248,000 bases of DNA from Hyalangium minutum. Lineage in GTDB: Bacteria > Myxococcota > Myxococcia > Myxococcales > Myxococcaceae. The position numbers were made by a program, and so were the translations under genes. Shown one piece after another: positions 244,863-248,000 of this stretch. The notes below the pieces were generated by a model. The model saw only the letters and a program-made list of their open reading frames with translations. It did no database searches and was not told the DNA's origin. Location: assembly GCF_000737315.1 (NCBI RefSeq), contig NZ_JMCB01000002.1:20001-268000 (forward strand). The letters are read 5' to 3'. The stretch's first letter is position 1. Each line of letters opens with the position of its first letter.

Positions 244863-245378
244863 GTGCCCTTTGCTTCGCTGCTGTGTCTCGTGCTCGCCGC
244901 TTCGCCTGCTGCCTCGGATAAGGCGGACCCTCGCCCCGCCATCGCCGCCGTGCTGGATGACTGGCACAAGGCGGCCGCCGAGGCGGACGAGGCTCGCTAC
245001 TTCGGCCACTTCACCGCCGACGGCGTCTTCCTGGGCACGGATGCCACCGAGCGGTGGACCCGCGATGCGTTCCGCGCCTGGGCCAAGCCCTTCTTCGCCC
245101 GGGGCAAGGCGTGGAGCTTCCGGTCTGTGTCGCGCAACATCGCGTTGTCCAAGGATGGCACTGTGGCGTGGTTCGACGAGGCGCTCGACACCCCGAACAT
245201 GGGACCGTGCCGTGGCTCGGGTGTCCGCGTGAAGGAGGGAGGGGACTGGAAGATCGCCCAGTACAACCTCTCCGTTCCCATCCCCAATGCGCTGCTGCCC
245301 GAGTTCAAGAAGCAGATCGAGGCGCACCTCAAGCAGCCTCCGGCGCCCGCCAAGAGCGAGCCCGCTCCGAAGAAGTAG
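244863..245378 (+). CDS. SnoaL/NTF2-like exported protein
   Basis: FLGTDATERW, WKIAQYNLS. Confidence 0.85.
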   Translation: MPFASLLCLVLAASPAASDKADPRPAIAAVLDDWHKAAAEADEARYFGHFTADGVFLGTDATERWTRDAFRAWAKPFFARGKAWSFRSVSRNIALSKDGTVAWFDEALDTPNMGPCRGSGVRVKEGGDWKIAQYNLSVPIPNALLPEFKKQIEAHLKQPPAPAKSEPAPKK

Positions 245379-245399
245379 CCAGTTCCAGCCTGAGCGAGG

Positions 245400-246752
245400 C
245401 TACAGGCCGAACGGATAGGTGTCGGGCGCGTCCTCCTCCTCGTGCCCGGCGTTCGCGTCCAGCGGGTGGACCGCGAACGTCTCGTCATAGTGGACCACCG
245501 CGTCGAACTGCGCGGGGAGGTCCGCCAGGAAGTAATGGCTCCAGCGCTCCGTGCGCGGCGCATACACCACGCCAATGGCCCGCTCCAGCCGACGCTCGCG
245601 CAGGCCCGAAGCCGCCTCGCCCAGGTCCTCCATTCGCAGCAGGAACCGAGGCAGCTCCACCTCATGGAAGAGGTGCTCGTAGCTGCCCGGGATCGCGGCG
245701 CGGATGCGGCGGCGCAGCCCTGGGCCATCCCACTCCTTGGCCGCGATCACCGTGCCCGTGTACGTGGTGAAGCCCACGCTGTAGACGGCCTTCGCGTGCC
245801 GCTCGCGCAGGAGCTGCCCCAGGTTCAGCTCGCCCTGATCCCCGAGCTGCGTGGCCCGCGCATCTCCCAGGTGCGAGTTGTGCGCCCAGATCACCATCCG
245901 CGCGGGCTGGCCCGCCTTGCGCGTCAGGTGCGCCGCCAGCGCGTCCGCTGTGTCCGCCATGTGCGTATCACGCAGGTTCCAGCTGTCGTTCCGGCCCGCG
246001 TACATCGTCCGGTAGTAGGCCTCCGCGTCCTGGGCCAGCCGCGCGTTCTGCTCGGCGAAGAACCGGGCGTCCTCTTCCCGTGCACCCTGGGCCGTGCGGC
246101 GCTGCAGCTCCAGCAGCTGCTCCACCACCGCGTCCTCGCACGTGGCCGAGTAGCCGTACGCCGTGGCGTGTCCGTAGCTCTGCGGATCCGTGCCGAACTG
246201 CTCGAAGCACCCGTACCGCTCACGCGCCCGCTGCGCCGCTTGGGGATCCACCTTCTCCAGGTAGTCCACCACGGCGCGCATCGAGGCGTGCAGGCTGTAG
246301 AGGTCCAACCCGTAGAAGCCGGCTCGCTGCTCCGGAGGCCTCGCCGCGTTGTGCGCACGCATCCAGCGCACCAGCTCCGCCACCTCCTGGTTGCGCCACA
246401 TCCACCGGGGGAAGCGCTCGAAGTTCCCCAGCGCGGACGCTGCCTCCGTGTCGGTTCCCTCGCCCTGGATGAAGGCGTTCACGCGGAGGGCGTCCGGCCA
246501 ATCCGCCTCCACCGCTACCGCCGTGAAGCCCTGCTCGGAGATCAGCCGCCGGGTGAGCGCCGCTCGCAGTGCATAGAACTCATGGGTGCCGTGGGTCGCC
246601 TCGCCCAGCAAGACCAGGCGGGCGTCGCCGATGCCCTCGATCAAGGCATCCAGATCCGAGGCCGTGCCCGTGAGTGGCACGGCGGCTGACTTCACTCCGT
246701 CCAGCAGGGCGGAAGAGATGTCCGGTGTGTCGTCATCGAAAAAGGGGGCCAT
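245400..246752 (-). CDS. erythromycin esterase family
   Basis: LGEATHGTHE, WAHNSH. Confidence 0.9.
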   Translation of the reverse strand: MAPFFDDDTPDISSALLDGVKSAAVPLTGTASDLDALIEGIGDARLVLLGEATHGTHEFYALRAALTRRLISEQGFTAVAVEADWPDALRVNAFIQGEGTDTEAASALGNFERFPRWMWRNQEVAELVRWMRAHNAARPPEQRAGFYGLDLYSLHASMRAVVDYLEKVDPQAAQRARERYGCFEQFGTDPQSYGHATAYGYSATCEDAVVEQLLELQRRTAQGAREEDARFFAEQNARLAQDAEAYYRTMYAGRNDSWNLRDTHMADTADALAAHLTRKAGQPARMVIWAHNSHLGDARATQLGDQGELNLGQLLRERHAKAVYSVGFTTYTGTVIAAKEWDGPGLRRRIRAAIPGSYEHLFHEVELPRFLLRMEDLGEAASGLRERRLERAIGVVYAPRTERWSHYFLADLPAQFDAVVHYDETFAVHPLDANAGHEEEDAPDTYPFGL

Positions 246753-247087
246753 ACCCTGAAGGTGGGCAGGTGCACGGGGACTGCCCAGCCATGCACCGGC
246801 TGTGGGCGAGCAGGCGAGGGGCGGCTCGCGCCCGTGGGCAGGAGCCATGGATGTCGGACCGAGCCGCTACCCTGCTGTTCATGCGGGAGCACTCCTCGAG
246901 CGTGAACGTGTTGGGTTTCCATCACCCGGCCGATGAACCCGCTGGTCACCTCTGGGGTGGGTGCCCATCGTCGCCATCACTCGGGTCAGCCACGGCAAGG
247001 CAATGGGGAACAGGCCGCCCCTCCTGGACGCTCGCTCGGAGCGAGAGAGGAGGGGGCCGGGCCGTGGGGTGGTGGAGGAGCAGGCAG

Positions 247088-247636
247088 ATGGGGCGAGACT
247101 TCTGGGTGGTAGGGGCGCGGTGGCTGATTCTTGCGGCAATGCTCGCGGCGGGGTTGTCCGAGGCCCGTGAAGTGGCTGGCGTGAGGATGGACGACACGCT
247201 GGAGCTGCAAGGCCGCAGGCTGGCGCTCGCGCACATGGCGCTCAAGGAGAAGCTCTTCTTCAACATCTACGTGTGGGGGCTCTATATGGAGCAGATCCCC
247301 CGCGTGGAGGCCGAGGCCATCGCCACCAACTCGGTGAAGCGGCTGCACTTCCGCTTCCTGCGGAAGATCCGCCGGGAGCAGCTCGTGGGGGCCTTCCGGC
247401 AGGGGATTGCCACCAACGCCAGCATGCTCTCGGAGCCCATGCAGCAGGGGATGGAGACGCTGCTGCAGTCCTTCAAGGACGTGAGCAAGGGGGACAACCT
247501 CATCCTCACGTATGATCCCAACGCTGGGCTGCTGGTGTCCGGCGAGGCCTCGGGGGGCGTGCTCATTCCGGGCAAGGGCTTCGCGGACGCGCTGTTCTCG
247601 GCGTGGCTGCAGAAGCACCCGGTGTTCCCGCGCTGA
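247088..247636 (+). CDS. chalcone isomerase-like exported protein
   Basis: FFNIYVWGLY, ALFSAWL. Confidence 0.8.
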   Translation: MGRDFWVVGARWLILAAMLAAGLSEAREVAGVRMDDTLELQGRRLALAHMALKEKLFFNIYVWGLYMEQIPRVEAEAIATNSVKRLHFRFLRKIRREQLVGAFRQGIATNASMLSEPMQQGMETLLQSFKDVSKGDNLILTYDPNAGLLVSGEASGGVLIPGKGFADALFSAWLQKHPVFPR

Positions 247637-247642
247637 GGTCGG

Positions 247643-248000
247643 CTACTTCTTCCGGAGCACGAAGGTCGTGAGCGGCTTGATGCCGTTCTGCTGCGCGAAG
247701 TGGCCCTGGTTGATGGCGAAGGCCACGCGTCCGCGCGAGTCCACGTACATCAACGGCTTGCCCAGCGGCACGTCGCTGAAGGTGGCGGCGAAGGGCAGGC
247801 GCAGCTCGCGGCCCTTGCCGAAGGTGACGCGCGCCGTGTCGCCGCGCTGGTAGCCCAGCTTCGCCAGCAGGGCGCCGTCCGCGTTGGTGACGAGGTTGCC
247901 GTACGGATGCTCGATGGCGAGCACCGTGCCGTTGAGCGCCGTGTCCGTCAGCTTCGCCTCGGGGATTTCAAGGCGCTTCCACTCGGTGAGCACCGGGCCC
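247643..248000 (-). CDS. SAM hydroxide adenosyltransferase/chlorinase family, C-terminal part (truncated by window)
   Basis: EHPYGNLVTN, TFSDVP.G..LMYVDS, AINQG. Confidence 0.8.
   Translation of the reverse strand, partial: GPVLTEWKRLEIPEAKLTDTALNGTVLAIEHPYGNLVTNADGALLAKLGYQRGDTARVTFGKGRELRLPFAATFSDVPLGKPLMYVDSRGRVAFAINQGHFAQQNGIKPLTTFVLRKK

Overview
This is high-GC chromosomal DNA that looks myxobacterial: DUF2378, DUF2381, TIGR02269-like lipoprotein toxins, a MYXO-CTERM protein, many Ser/Thr kinases and hybrid histidine kinases. All product calls come from recognising motifs by eye; no database searches were run. Housekeeping genes include purL, rnz, hppA, dnaJ, ung, gyrA, a urease operon and tRNA-Phe(GAA). 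Accessory loci include a T6SS cluster with VgrG-Rhs-immunity but no tssA/clpV, two lipoprotein toxin/immunity pairs, a SLATT islet and a poly-HAMP kinase with CheR/CheB. The best candidate for an undescribed system is the three-gene cluster directly downstream of tRNA-Phe (162195-164862). It encodes an RRE-bearing M50 membrane peptidase, an LpxL-type acyltransferase with an RRE-like tail, and a 57-aa Cys-rich precursor peptide that is missing from the ORF track, which together suggest a lipidated RiPP. Next most interesting are a multiheme cytochrome-FIST-hybrid kinase operon running into a TDO/kynureninase/methyltransferase cassette (candidate signal synthase plus sensor), and a DUF559 nuclease + tandem P-loop ATPase operon (candidate defence system). 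No CRISPR array, rRNA, integrase or transposase was recognised.
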